A stretch of 64,000 bases of DNA. It comes from Lama guanicoe. Its lineage: Eukaryota. Both the position numbers and the translations under genes were made by a program. The notes below the pieces were generated by a model. It had not been told where the DNA came from. It did not search any database and saw only the letters and a program-made list of their open reading frames with translations. This document shows, piece after piece, positions 37,041-49,539 of this stretch; the first letter of the stretch is position 1, and each line of letters starts with the position of its first letter. The DNA lies in assembly GCA_013239625.1 (NCBI GenBank), contig MU054323.1, forward strand, positions 2,964,161-3,028,160. Reading direction: 5' to 3'.

Positions 37041-40000
37041 ACCCTGCCCTCTCTGCCTCTGTGTCTGCACCCATGTCTGTGCACCTGCAACCACTGCCCA
37101 GCACGCCTCTCCTCAGTATCCCTCTAGTCTCACTCAGGGGAAGGGGTCCTTTCTTTCCACGGCTGGCATTTCTCATGAATGCCCATCAGCAGCATTCCGG
37201 GTTTGCATGACTGAGGTCTCTTCCCATCTGAGAAGCATGCCTTCCCTCCGCTCTTCTCACACCCTGTCTTCTATTTCACGGCTTCTCCAGGGTCCAGGTC
37301 TGAACTCTAGGTCAGCCCTAAGCCCATCAGAGAAGTTAGTTCACCCCCTCAGCTAAATGCCACCTCCTAAGTGCCTTTCTTTATGTCCATCAGTGCTGCA
37401 TCTGAAGGTAAGAGGAAGTGCTCCCCAGACCGCCCCCTAAAACATATAAATGTTAGCAAGTGCACATGAAGTCAACTACATAAATTGTGAAATACAGCCT
37501 GAGCCTTTTTATCTGTGACAGTATAAAAATCTTAACAGTTCCCTCAAATAGAAAAGAGAAACACATAGCAATTCATTCAGGCCGCCTAGTGGTGAGGGGC
37601 CCGGGACCACCCGAACACGTTCATTCTTCTCTGCTTGGACTTCTGTCCCCAGCCTCGTCCCTCTGCCCCTCATTGGCCTGTGACAGGAGGGAGCTGCATG
37701 AGATGTGAAGGGGCCGAGTCAGCTTGGATCCTGCTGTTCCTGTGCCACCCTATTCCTCTCCGGGTTATCTCAGTCCTTCCAGAAACTTCTATGCCAGCTC
37801 TGCCCAGCACCGTGGCTGACAAGACTATAGCTCTCAAGGAAATGAGGCTGAAGAACCTTTGGGGCCTGGGCTCCTCCCTCCTCGCTCAGCCTACTGAGCT
37901 GATGGGACTTGGCCTGGAAGCAGGCTGTGCTGGATTTCCCAAAGGCCCACTGTGTTCTGAACCGCAGGGTGTGGGATTTTGCAGCCAAACTGGGGAGATG
38001 GAGGGAAGGGGGCAGAGCCTGTGACTCCAGGTTCATTTCCCATTGCAGAGAGCCCTGGATTTCCCTCTACTGAGCATGGCACCCACACACTGATCTCTTC
38101 CTTAGACACACTCCTTGGGGCTCCAGCCACCTGACCATGCTCTGGAAAGGGCATGAGACCCAAACTGCAAGGAAGATCCCCACCAGGTGTGGCACGGCCT
38201 TGCTGGAGCCCAGGGACCCCTGAGCCCCTGGTTGGCAGAACCCCCTCTGTCCTAGAGAGGGGTAGCAAGGGGCAGGGGTAGGGGAGATGCGAGGTGGAGC
38301 AGTGGGGCAAGACCAAAAAGGAAAGGTGGGCTGAAAAAGAAGTTTTGGTTCCCCAGGTAATCACTTAGCTGCAGGAAGCACGGAGCTGAATTGAAGCTGC
38401 GTGTGGTACAAGTGGGAAACTTCCTCTCGTCTCAGCTTTTGGAGGTGCTGATTGAGGGGACAGAGAATCCCGACCTAGACTCTTACAGCTGAGCAAGCTG
38501 CTTCCTGGAGGGAGCTGGACCAACCCAGCAGGCCGGTGCCATCTGCCTCTCCCGACTCCTAGCCTGCCTCCCTGGCCCCACAAGAGCCCCGGGAGAAGGT
38601 CTCCCCAAGGCGCTGCCGTGGGGAGAGAGGGTCCCCAGGCTGCTGGGCAGGACTATGACCAGAGGCCCAGGCTGGGGGCAGGGTGGGAGGACCCCTGAAA
38701 GCAGCTGGAGACACAGAGCACAGACCAGTGCTACCTTGCAGTTGTGCCTGCCTGCAGCTCTGACTCAGAGAGCCCTGTCCCCAAGGGGACAACAAAGAGG
38801 AAGGAAAGTCGGAAGGAAAGGAGGGAGGGAGGATCTCCAGCTGCTACGCTGCAGGCTAAACATAAAATCTCCGTGGGAGGGGTGAAGGCTCAGAGGAAGA
38901 GGTGTGACCAGCAATCGGTCACCTGCACCTCACCCCAGCCAAGCGGTCAATCAGCCTATGACTGCCCAGCTCCCCACGAGGACAGCGGACAGCTCCACAC
39001 GAGGAAGTCAGTCCTCCCAGTGAGCTGAAATTGGCCACACCATAATGGCAGCCCACTGATTCTAGTTCAACCCACTGGAGCCACTCAGAGGGGGTCACAA
39101 GACGGCCCATGGGACACTGAAGACACTTTTTCTGCAACCCCAGGATTCTCCAGGCAACACCCACCTGAGAGCCTTCACCTTGACCTAGTCTGCCAAGATT
39201 TCAGGGGAACTTACTATCCCACCAGACGTACCTGAAAGAGTTTTAGAAGGGTGCAGTCCCCACCACTGACCTCCACCCTCTCCCAGGCTTGCTGTTGGCC
39301 TCTGCTCCTCCCATCAAGACAGACGAAGTGCTCATTTCCACTAAATTTGGTTGGAGTGGAGCTGGGTGGACATGTTAGTGACTTTTTCTCCCTGAAAAGA
39401 ACACTAATGCTTATGGTTCATTAAATAAATGCACACTTGCTCTCAAACACACCACCCTTGCAAAGGAGATAAAACAAGTTAGCATCATTGCCTATCCCTA
39501 GAAAAGACACAGCAGGAGAGGGAAAAACAAAAAAGTTCAAACAAATGTTTGTAAAAGCCAAACAAATGTTTTGGGTTGTTTCATTCTCATTCACACCCAA
39601 GCACTCTTGCTGATGGATGGGGGTTACAGGAACTCCCCCAGCTAGGGGTCAGTCTGCAGTCAAACAGCCGTGGCTGCCAAAGTTGTCTCTGTACAGTGAA
39701 AATGATCAAGACCCCTCTGCCCCCACCCACAGATGACGTCACCCAGGCACCACCAACGCCAGGCAGAGGGCACGGGCTTTGCATTCAGGCAAGACACACG
39801 AGGGCAGGGCATCTTCCTCTGGGTTCACAGCCCCTGTGATGTGGCTGAGAGAGGGAAGGAACTGTGTCTTTGCTCCAGGAGCCCGGGCCAGTGGGCACAC
39901 AGTGAGGTGGAAAAAAGGCAGGGACCTCCGACAGGGCTGAACATGGCCCACTTTCCTAAAGCAGAGTCTGAATGATGCTGGCAGCTACCAGTCTGCAAGT

Positions 40001-40848
40001 CCACAGGGCCTGAGACGTGGGAGCGTGATTCCAACGGAAACAGTGGGACAAGACCCAGGTCTAGACATTCCCTCCACCTGGGCAGCTGCCTCGACAGCGC
40101 TGGGCCCCTACTTGTCTGAAATGGGGGCAGACTGCAGGAGCACGGAGCCTCCTTCCCTGGATGGGGGTGGCCATTGGCTCCCAGGAGGGGAAGCCCCAGT
40201 GCAGATCGCTGAAGCGCCGTGTCCCCCTGCACAGGCAGGGGGACAAGCAGGAGACGGCTGACCTGAGAACAGCCTGCTTCCCAGGCCTATGTCTGGGAAT
40301 TTTCTCTTTCCAAATATGAAGGAAATAAAAATAGGTAGGCAGGAAGGCCAAAATATGTTTGCAAAAAAACTGAAGTCTGGTTTTGAAATGCCTGCTCCCA
40401 CCATTTCAAGGCTAAGAATAATGGAAGGAGTCGGGAATTCTGGCTCGGTCCCAGGGTGTGAGAACACTTGGATGCAAGAGCACATGGCTATCTAGGCCAC
40501 ACCCAGTGCTCTGGAGCTAGTCAGAAGTGTCAGGGGCCTTTAGAGAAATGAATGAGCAGCTGATGAAGAAATGTGGCTGCTGACAAGCAGGAATTAGCTC
40601 TATAAAACATTTCAAAATGTCAGTGATAGAAATACAGTCCATGGCTGCCCAGTCAAGAGGGCAGAGCTGCCCACACGTGGCTGAGCTCCTCTGGCAAGGG
40701 CCCAGGCCCAGGGCACACAGCTGCCATCCAGCTGGGCCTTGGGACAGGACCACAGGGCAAGGCAACAAAGAACTAACAAAAATGGATTGTGTCCAGCTTG
40801 TCACTTCAACTCAACTATCTTAAACATCTGGGTTTTTCTGTGACATCT

Positions 40849-41243
40849 TGTTACAGGCTGAATTATGCCCCACCACCTCCCCAACCCCAAAAGTCATACG
40901 TTAAAGTCTTAACCATTAGACCTTAAAATGTGACTGTATTTAGAGATAGGTCTTTAAAGAGGTAATGAAGTTACAGTGAGGTCGTTAGGGTGGGCCATAG
41001 TCCAACATGACTGGTGTCCTCATAAGGAGAGGAAATTAGGCCCCAGAAACGTACAGAGGGAAGATCACGTGGAGACGCAGGGAGAAGATGGTTGTCTACA
41101 AGCCAAGGAGAGAGGTCTCGGAAGACATCAACCTTGCTGACACCCTGATCTTGGACTTCTAGCCTGTGGAATTGTGAGAAAATAAAAGTTTAAGCCCCCT
41201 GGTCTGTGGTGCTTTGTTATGGCAGCCCAAGCAGACACACACA
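40849..41243 (+). mobile_element. MaLR solo LTR (MLT1B-like)
   Basis: tgttacaggctgaatt...aatgtgactgtatttagagataggtctttaaagaggtaat...tgctgacaccctgatcttggacttctagcct...ttgttatggcagccc; TSD catct (40844-40848) / cacct (41244-41248). Confidence 0.9.
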
Positions 41244-41439
41244 CACCTGCTCCACTTGTTCAGTGTGTTTAATAAAAGTGGACTGAAGCTTTCATTTGTT
41301 AGAAGGAAACAGAGGGGATGTGACAGCTAATTTCACATATCTGAAGCACAGCCTCACAGACGAGGAGGAGGTCACCTGGCTCTCTGGAGCCTGAGGGCAC
41401 TGAGGAAAAGGCAGATCCTGGCTGACAAGCCAGACCTTA

Positions 41440-41625
41440 GGAAAGCTCTTTACACTCATTGTAATCCCTACAACAACTCTGAGAAGCTGGCATTGTTATC
41501 CCCATTTCACAGATGGGTAAGATGGTTCTTAGAGACAGTCAGTATCTTGACAAGGATGTACATGCCTTCAACGGCAGAAGGGAGGTAAGAACCAGGTTTG
41601 TCTGACTCCAAAGCTCATGCTCCAA
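41440..41625 (-). mobile_element. MIR SINE
   Basis: taatccctacaacaactctgag...ttatccccatttcacagatgggtaa...tctgactccaaagctcatgctc. Confidence 0.8.
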
Positions 41626-42015
41626 CCAGAACCAAAGATATAAATTCTGGGAGGCAGGTGTCCCCTCTAACAATCTAGCTCTCCAACAACCAGAAGGGAT
41701 AACATGAGTGGCAGGCAGTCCGCTAAGTAGAGGCATCCAGGCAGGGGCTGGAAGACAGGGTGTGCAGAGGGCCATGGTTTCCAGCCACGTGTCTGCTCCA
41801 ACACAACCTGTATCCTACCCCCACCACCACACGCACACAGGCACATGCACCTAGGGAGGAGACGATCTGAATCGCCGAGGGGAGTACAATTTGAAACTGC
41901 GCCTCTGAGTGATTCCAGTCTGTGATTCCTAGAGGTGCCCCAGTTGGGAATCCTCATGAAAGGAAGTTGGGCTGGATGCTCCCAAAGACTCTTCTAAGCC
42001 CTGAAAGTCCACACT

Positions 42016-42795
42016 TTTTTTTTTCAAACTTTTTTTTATTGAGTTATACTCATTTTACAATGTTGTGTCAAATTTCAGTGTAGAGCACCATTTTTCAGTT
42101 CTACATAAACATACATATATTCATTGTCACATTTTTTTTCTCTGTGAGCTACCACAAGATCTTGTATATATTTCCCTGTGCTATACAGTATAATCTTGTT
42201 TATCTATTCTACATATGCCTGTCAGTATCTACAAATTTTGAACTCCCAGTCTATCCCTTCCCACTCTACCCCCTCACTTGGCAACCACAAGTTTGTATTC
42301 TATGTCTATGAGTCTGTTTCTGTTTTGTACTTATGTATTTTTTTTTTTTAGATTCCACATATGAGCGAACTCATATGGTATTTTTCTTTCTCTTTTTGGC
42401 TTACTTCACTTAGAATGACATTCTCCAGGAGCATCCATGTTGCTGCAAATGGCATTATATTGCCGTTTTTATGGCTGAGTAGTATTCCATTGTATAAATA
42501 TACCACATCTTCTTTATCCAGTCATCTGTTGATGGACATTTAGGCTGTCTCCATGTCTTGGCTATTGTAAATAGTGCTGCTATGAACATTGGGGTGCAGG
42601 TGTCATTTTGAAGTAGGGTTCCTTCTGGATATGTGCCCAGGAGCGGGATTCCTGGGTCATATGGTAAGTCTATTTCTAGTCTTTCGAGGAATCTCCATAC
42701 TGTTTTCCACAGTGGCTGCACCAAACTGCATTCCCACCAGCAGTGTAGGAGGGTTCCCTTTTCTCCACAGCCTCTCCAGCGTTTGTCATTTGTGG
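42016..42795 (-). mobile_element. Young 5'-truncated L1 (ORF2 C-terminal cysteine-rich region, 3'UTR, polyA)
   Basis: Translates as [29 protein letters not shown]...TPMFIAALFTIAKTWRQPKCPSTDDWIKKMWYIYTMEYYSAIK (L1 ORF2); polyT on plus strand; perfect 14-bp TSD tgaaagtccacact at 42002-42015 and 42796-42809. Confidence 0.97.
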
Positions 42796-43504
42796 TGAAA
42801 GTCCACACTCTTGAACATCCCTGGAGCCTCGGCAGGACACACAGCACTCTGGCTCGGCACCTCCAGGACACTCCCCAGAGCCGACACCCTGGACCTTCAG
42901 TGACCTCAACCTCTTTTTGCACAAACACAGTGATCTGGCTGAAGAGAGCAGCAGAGAGTGCCCAGGAATGCCCTTGGCAGGTCAAAACCAAAGCCCCACA
43001 AGGCAGGACTCAAAGTGCGCTGTGTTTATTCTCACTTGGTCAGATCCAGGCAGGAGAGTGAGGAGCGGCTGGGCTGGCGGGTCAGCACAGCCCCCATTCT
43101 GCTCTGGCTGAGGCAGGACAAGTCGTTCTGCCACCATGGCCCTGCCAAAGAGCTGATGACGAAGGCCAGGCTGATGGCCCAGGCCCTTCAGTCCTCTGGT
43201 TCCAGCCAGGGTCACTCAGGCCCCCCCAGGGAAGCCCAGCGTTGGCCTGAGGCAAAAGAAGAAAGGGCGGGCGCCCGGCCAGCAGCACAGGGGCTCAGTG
43301 CCCAGGCAGCCCGGCCCACCGGTCCTGTTCTGATCCGGGCCTCGGTGCTGGGAACTGCACCTCACCTTCATCCACCTCTCTTTCCTGTTTCCTCTTTCCC
43401 TCCTTCCCACTTCCTCTGAGCCTGGGGCCCTTCATCCTCTTCGGTTCTCTCTAGCACCTGCTCCGGAGGAGAGAGACTTGAGTCTGAATTGGCACCCAGT
43501 TGAC

Positions 43505-43775
43505 AGAGAAATTTCACTCCAGGTCTCAGCTGTAACTTCTGCAGGGAAGCATTTCCTGACTCACCAAGACTGGGTTACAGGCTAGTCTCCTGTGCTCCTA
43601 AAACCTCTTAGATAATATTTATGATACAGTCTTAAAATTATCTGCTTACCTTCCTTCTGTTCTACTAGACTATAAGCAGCTTGAGGGTAGGAACTGTCTT
43701 TTTTACACCTGTATTCTTAATGCCTGGCATGAGACAGACACTCAGATGGTGTTGGTTAAATAAGTGGTTGAAGAC
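43505..43775 (+). mobile_element. L2 3' end
   Basis: ctactagactataagcagcttgagggtaggaactgtctttttt...tgcctggcat...gttggttaaataagt. Confidence 0.75.
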
Positions 43776-44669
43776 AGAAGGAAATTTTAAGGGATACTGA
43801 AGACCTCTCCACCCAAGCCAAAGCCCTTCCTCTTGAAGTCCTACCTCGGGCGCTTCACTTTTCCCTCTGGGAAAGTCGGGAAAATTCTGATTCACAAGAG
43901 TTACAGGAGGGAATTCATCTATGAATGCAAAGGATGCGCTGGCCTACCAAGAGGAGAGAGGACTAGCAGCTTGGGGGGCTCCTGCCTGGCAGGGACAAGT
44001 CAGCAGCTCACAGGCACCTGATGAGAGAGGGAGGGAAGGGGGCCCAACAAGGGAGGGAGGGAGGTGAGTCCACATAAGCCCAGGGGTAAGAGGGAAGTCC
44101 CAAAGCCAAACTCCACTAATCAAACACCTCAGCCCTCTGACCCCAGCCTCTGCCCATGCGAAGCTCCCAGGAGCACAAGTGACTCTCGATCAAGAACACG
44201 TGCAGCTGCCACAGTACCCCCCCAACCCCTGCCAGGACCCACAGCCCTGGGAAAGCAGGGATGTGGGATGACCTTGTCCTGTCCTGTCTCCTCGCAGGAG
44301 CTCCCACTTTAAACTCTGCAAGAGCCTAAACTGCACAGGGTAACTGATGAGATACAGACAGACAGCATTGAGGAACTCAGATAGCCCTGTGGTCTGGGGG
44401 CCAAGTGAGGCTCCCTCATAGATGGGCCTGGGTCTGGACCTTGTTGGAGGGGTAGGAATGGGGTGGGGAACCCCAGATAGGGTTAAGAATGTGGCAGGTG
44501 TGGTGCACTCAGGGAGTTGGATGAGCAGCAGGGCTGTGGAGAGGCAGGGAGATGCTGAGAGAAGAAGCCAGAGGGGATCTGAAATGCTTGGAAGGATGGT
44601 GGTCGCAAATGCACTTGGGTTGGACTTTGGTACCAGGACTACCGGAGGCCCTAGGATATACTTTCATCA

Positions 44670-45050
44670 TCTGAAAGGAACTTACCGCTGTTGATGTTGA
44701 CCTTGATCACGTGGCTAATGTCATGCTTGTCAAGTTTCTCCATGAGAAGTTCTCCCCTTTCCCAATGTCACCCTTTGCAAGGAAGTTACTATGTCGAGCC
44801 CATACTTAAGGGACATGCAGTTATGCACCACCTCCTTGAGGGTGGAGTATCTACATAAGTTATTTGGAATTCTTCTGCACAGAAGATTTGTCTGCTCTTT
44901 CCTATTTATTTTTGTATTCAATCATTTATATCAGTAGGAATTCATACTTATTTTATCCTTTGGGTTATAATCCAATACTACTTTATTTTCTTGCTCCAAT
45001 TGTTCCAGCTTTGGGAGCTCTTTCAGTTAACTCCAGTGTTCCTTTGATAC
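44670..45050 (-). mobile_element. L1MC/L1MD 3'UTR fragment
   Basis: gatgttgaccttgatcac...acctccttgagggtggagtatctacataagttatttggaattcttctgc...tgttccagctttgg. Confidence 0.8.
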
Positions 45051-46163
45051 ACTAAAAGATGCTCTCCTACCCCTGGTTCCCTTTCCCTGAGTACATTGAC
45101 AGGAAGATAGGACACTTGACATTGAGACTGAACCACAGAGATCAAAACCCTTGCTCCCTCAGCCTCCACAAGCCATTTTATCATGATGCTCTCCCTCTTA
45201 GAGCTGCTGTATGTGTTCACTGGAAATGATGTCTCTGAAATGCTTAGCACAGTGCCCTGCTCATAGGAAGTTTTCCCTAAACAGGGCTGCATTGTCTCCG
45301 AGCACTTAACTCTCTAGAACCTGGCCCTGAGTTCTAAAGAAGCCAGAGAGAAAAATCTCTTCCTCCAAGCATTAGAGCTTGGGCAAGCTCTGCATCCCTC
45401 ATGCTAGAAAAGATCCCCAGTTAAAAATTACCTTTGCAACATCCATACCTCAAATAAGGTTGTTTCCAAATATTCACCACATAAGTGAACTGTCCAAAAG
45501 ACAGCTAACTGAACCGACTGAGCCCTGCAGCTTTTTCTGCAGTGGGCCAGGGTGGGTGGATGTGCAGTGCGCACAGACCTCCACCAGGCAGATTCTGGAC
45601 CATGAAACTGGTCGCACAGCACATCATGTGACCCTGCAAACAAAAGGGTGTTTCCTCGCCTCCACTACTTTTCAGCTCCCTGGAAATCCAAGCCCTGAGA
45701 ATAGTGACTTCCTAGCCACAGAAGGACTCTGAATCAAGGTCAGGTGTCATCCTCAGGCCCGAACACCTGCTCAGACCTTCTGAGACAGGGCTCAGCCCAG
45801 CACACGAGGAGGGACCCAGCACACCCAGAGCCTGGCCTTTTCCAGAAGGAACATGAGGGACATCTTTCTACAGAAAGGGATAAAGACTTCCCCCACTCCT
45901 TCCTTCTTCCTGCCATGAGGTGGCCCTGGGATGTGGAAACAAAGGAGCCAGCTGGTGGCCCCCGGGCAGGAGGAGGGGTCTCTTCATCCTGGCCCAGCTA
46001 GTGGGAGTCTTCCCTCAGGCGGGCTCTCTCGGGCTGCAGGTCCATGCACAGGGACTGGTCAGGGGCTGCACTTGCTGCTCTGCTGGGAAAGCTTGCTTTG
46101 CCTCACTGATCTCTATTCACCCACCAGGCTTTTACTGAGTGTCTACTCCATGCCAGATCTTGA

Positions 46164-46198
46164 GCTGGGTGCTGGGTGCTGGGTGCTGGGTGCTGGGT
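46164..46198. repeat. Perfect heptamer tandem repeat (GCTGGGT)x5
   Basis: Seen directly. Confidence 0.95.
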
Positions 46199-46249
46199 TC
46201 AAGGGAAGCACCAAGTCTAAGTGGATTGTGGGCTTTAGGTAGCCGTAGC

Positions 46250-46968
46250 TGATTTTTTTTGAGTACTTATGTGGCAGAAACCATACTAAGCACTTCACAT
46301 GTAATTAACATGTAACTAATCTTCACTATTAACCTATGAAATCATTACTACTACTGTACCCATTTTATAGATAAGGAAACTGAAGCACAGACCAGCTAAG
46401 AAGTTTTTCTAAGGTCATAGAGTGTCAGGTGGTGCTCTGGGAAGCAGATGCCAAGATAAGTTAGAAATGCAAGAGATTTATTAGAATAAACCCCTGTGAA
46501 AGATAAATGGTGCATGGGGGAGGGGAACAGAAGCATCAGGGGAGTCCTCAAACTGCAATGCAGTCTTGACACTTGTGAAAGGAGGAGGAGGAAGAAAGAT
46601 TGGGTAGGAGCACCTCAGACTACAGTGCATATCTGAGAAAATCTCAGTAGCCCAACAGTACAAGGACTGCCCGCAGAGGGTCCCACACTGAGCAGAGGTG
46701 TCCAGGCCCCAGCATCCCCACTGCACTCAGCCACTGGCTGGGAGATGCCCAGGCTGAGAGCAGCCTGGGCTCAAACACCATGAAGGACCCCAGAGGTGTG
46801 GCAGCTGGAGGGCGTCAGCTAACTGCCCTCCTCGCAGCTCTTCCGCAAGTGCTTTCTTGACCGGAAGTCTGAGCAGCTGGCCTCCATGGCTGCCACACCA
46901 AGAAGCCATGGCTCAAACCAGGTCTTTTGCTGACTCCAGAACCCACACTCTTTTCCATTATGCTAGAC
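46250..46968 (-). mobile_element. MIR split by an LTR (pieces about 46250-46422 and 46898-46968)
   Basis: cccattttatagataaggaaactgaagcacaga...ctaaggtcatag, then the LTR, then ctcaaaccaggtc...tgactccagaacccacactctt. Confidence 0.8.
46423..46897 (-). mobile_element. ERVL solo LTR (LTR16-family-like)
   Basis: TG...CA termini; ctgggaagcagatgccaagat...tgcaagagatttattag...ccatggctgccaca; interrupts a MIR. Confidence 0.65.
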
Positions 46969-47019
46969 TGATAAGCTCATAGATGATTAGGTCTCTGAAT
47001 GCTCTGTGCAAAACTTATC

Positions 47020-47500
47020 AGTCAGTCAGTCAACAAGCTTTGGAGCCCAAATGTGCACTCATCCTCATGTGTGTGAAGACAAAGCCTGGCCCCTGCCTAA
47101 AGGAGATTCTAGGCTGGGGAGGGTCACAGACTGACAAAAACAGGTGCTGAGATGAGCTGAACACAGTCCCTGCCTTCAGAGAGGTCACCTTCTAGACGGA
47201 AACAGCAACCAGACAATTCTAAGAGTGAAATGATGTGTGAGAAGGGGAGGCACAAGGAAGGAAGAGCCTTAGCCCAGTTCTGGAAGTGGTATGGAAGGCC
47301 TCCTGGAGGAACAGCCTTCTTAATGGACACCTGGAAGGTGACGAGGCACTGGGTGGAGGAAGAGGGGTGAATGTGGGAGAGGAGTGTGTGTGTTTCTCAG
47401 TGGGGCAGGGGGAGAGAGGGAGAGGAAAAAGCTGAAGAAACAGCACTTCTGGAGGGAGGAACAGCATCAGCAAGTGCCCACGGAAAGGTATGGTGTATTC
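47020..47500 (-). mobile_element. L2 remnant
   Basis: (cagt)n tail; cagtccctgccttcagagaggtcaccttctag; ggaaggcctcctggagga; gagggaggaacagcat. Confidence 0.6.
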
Positions 47501-48055
47501 TCAGAGCCACCAGTTGTTCTGGAAGGCTGTGGGGAAGGAAGGCAGCCAGGAAAAGTGGGGCGAGATAGCGAGCAGCCCATTAAGGCCTTGTCCCGAGGCG
47601 GCAGAGGGCGGTGCTGCAGCGAAGGGCTAAGACGTGTGGGGTGGATGCTCCCGGCAGCGAGGGCGACCAGTGAGAACGGGGCAATTCGGGAAGGTCCCCG
47701 AGGGGTTGAGAAGACTTGACAGGTTTTCAGCGAAAATGACTCCAATCAAGAGGAGTCCCATGAGGGTTCACACAGCTATACTCCCCACAAGCAAGACCTC
47801 GACTTCATCAGAAGATGTGGGAAACGGTACTGGCGACTCTGCTCCTTCTTCTCCAGCCTCCGAAGGGAAGTTTCTAAGGAATATTGGCTCTTTCTGGCAA
47901 TGTTAATAATACCGTTGGTTAAAATGTCCCACCACTTCTGTTATTCCACCTCAAATACCCAATCACCTGTTTAATCCCTACATGGACTTCTTAATTAACT
48001 CCACATACAAGGCAGCCTCCTTCCAACCTGAATTGTAGTTCTCCAAATGTATTTT

Positions 48056-48234
48056 GTTTTATTTTTTTCTCCCTTTTAAAAAATTTAAAAAAAATTTTTT
48101 TTTAATTTTTGCAGGGCAAGGGGAGGTAATTAGGTTTACTGATTTATTTATTTTTTAATGGAGGTACTGGGGACTGAACCCAGGACCTTGTGTATGCTAA
48201 GCAAGCACTCTACCACTTAGTTATACCCTCCCTG
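48056..48234 (-). mobile_element. tRNA-derived SINE, camelid vic-1-like
   Basis: Reverse complement reads gggagggtataactaagtggtagagtgcttgcttagcatacacaaggtcctgggttcagtccccagtacctcc...; degenerate 15-bp TSD at 48041-48055 / 48235-48249. Confidence 0.85.
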
Positions 48235-48324
48235 CTCCAAGCATATTTTAGAGTTTAAGTAGCCATGGAACAAGCTCATCTCAAGGTTGTGGATGGTTAA
48301 GATTCCTCTGTGATCTTAATATTA

Positions 48325-48402
48325 ACCATTCTCATCATTTATTGTTATGTAAAAAACACTCCAAACTCTGTGACATGAAACACTTACTACTACTACAACT
48401 AA

Positions 48403-48454
<52 letters not shown>

Positions 48455-49215
48455 GTTATTAATACTATAATCATCTCCTACAGTTTTGGAGGTTGGCAGA
48501 CAGTTCTTTCACGCAGTTACAGTGAGATGGGGGCTGAAGCTGGAGACTAGCGCCTTCATCACTCAGACGTCTGGTAATTGGTGCTGGGGCTATTGCCCAA
48601 AACACCCTATACGTGGCCTCTCCACATGACCTGCGCTTCCCTGAAGCAAGTGTCCTAAAAAAGGAAGAACCAATCTGAACGTTTAACCACCTTGACAACC
48701 TAGCCTTGGAAGCCCAGAGCACCACTCCCCCACACTCTGCTGGCTGAAGCAGCGGCAAAGGCCCAACCAGGTTCAGGGAGAGGGGACAAAGATTCTGCCT
48801 CTTAATGGTGGACTGACAGGTCACACTGCAAAAAGAACATATAGATGGAAGAGATGTTGAAAATACACTCTGCTACAGCTGTAACAATCCTGCCAAAACA
48901 GTTGACATTCCTCAGCATGCAAAATGCCCCCATGCTCTCCCCAAGGTCCCCAGGGCTCACTCCATTATGGCATCAGCTTGACCTCTGGGTCTTTTCATCT
49001 AAAGCAGGTCCAGACACCAGTGAGACTCCGTAGGTATGGTTCCTCTTCTACGGTGTCTCCACTAAAGACGTGGAACCACAGTGACACGTTATCTGCCACT
49101 TAAACACTCAACAGACGATGGTGGGACAGGCCCAAGACAACTGCTCTACACGCTACTGTTCAAAAAAGGAGAAAACAGGAGGCATCCAGAAGTAACTGGA
49201 TCAGAGCAAATTCTC
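48325..49215 (-). mobile_element. MaLR LTR (MLT1F/G/H-like, to about 48877) with adjoining internal sequence
   Basis: acgtggcctctccacatg...acctagccttggaagccc...ggcccaaccaggttcagggagagggg...ctgctaca, then MLT1-int-like catgcaaaat...ccattatggcatcagc...ctgttcaaaaaaggagaaaa. Confidence 0.7.
48405..48460. repeat. (ATT)n microsatellite
   Basis: Seen directly. Confidence 0.95.
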
Positions 49216-49539
49216 AGCTGTACATACAGCAGATCTGAAATGCAAAAATTTACATTTATCCTTATAAATTTTCATTTTCTCATTCTAAACCCCAAATTAG
49301 TTACTCTTTGACCTGGGGAGTAGTAAGTGGAGGAGAGATGAACCTCAGGAGTGGGTGAAGGAGGAAATGGAGGATCATCTTGACTCCTGTTATGGGCATT
49401 TGACTGCACGTGGTCAAGAAGGTTGATGGGTTGGGGTGTCTTCACTGCCACGCCCTCCAGGCCCAGCCCACTGGCAAATGACCACACAGCACTAGACTTA
49501 CGTCTTCTCTAAATAAGCTGGGACATAGACTTCGCTTTG

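Noticed and set aside
37579..37595. CTCF-like site (CCACTAGGCGGCCT on minus strand)
   Set aside because: Two mismatches in the core and no other support; needs matrix scoring.
42455..42991. 178-aa ORF as a host gene
   Set aside because: The C-terminal part is L1 ORF2 inside a TSD-bounded insertion; the N-terminal part is unrelated flank.
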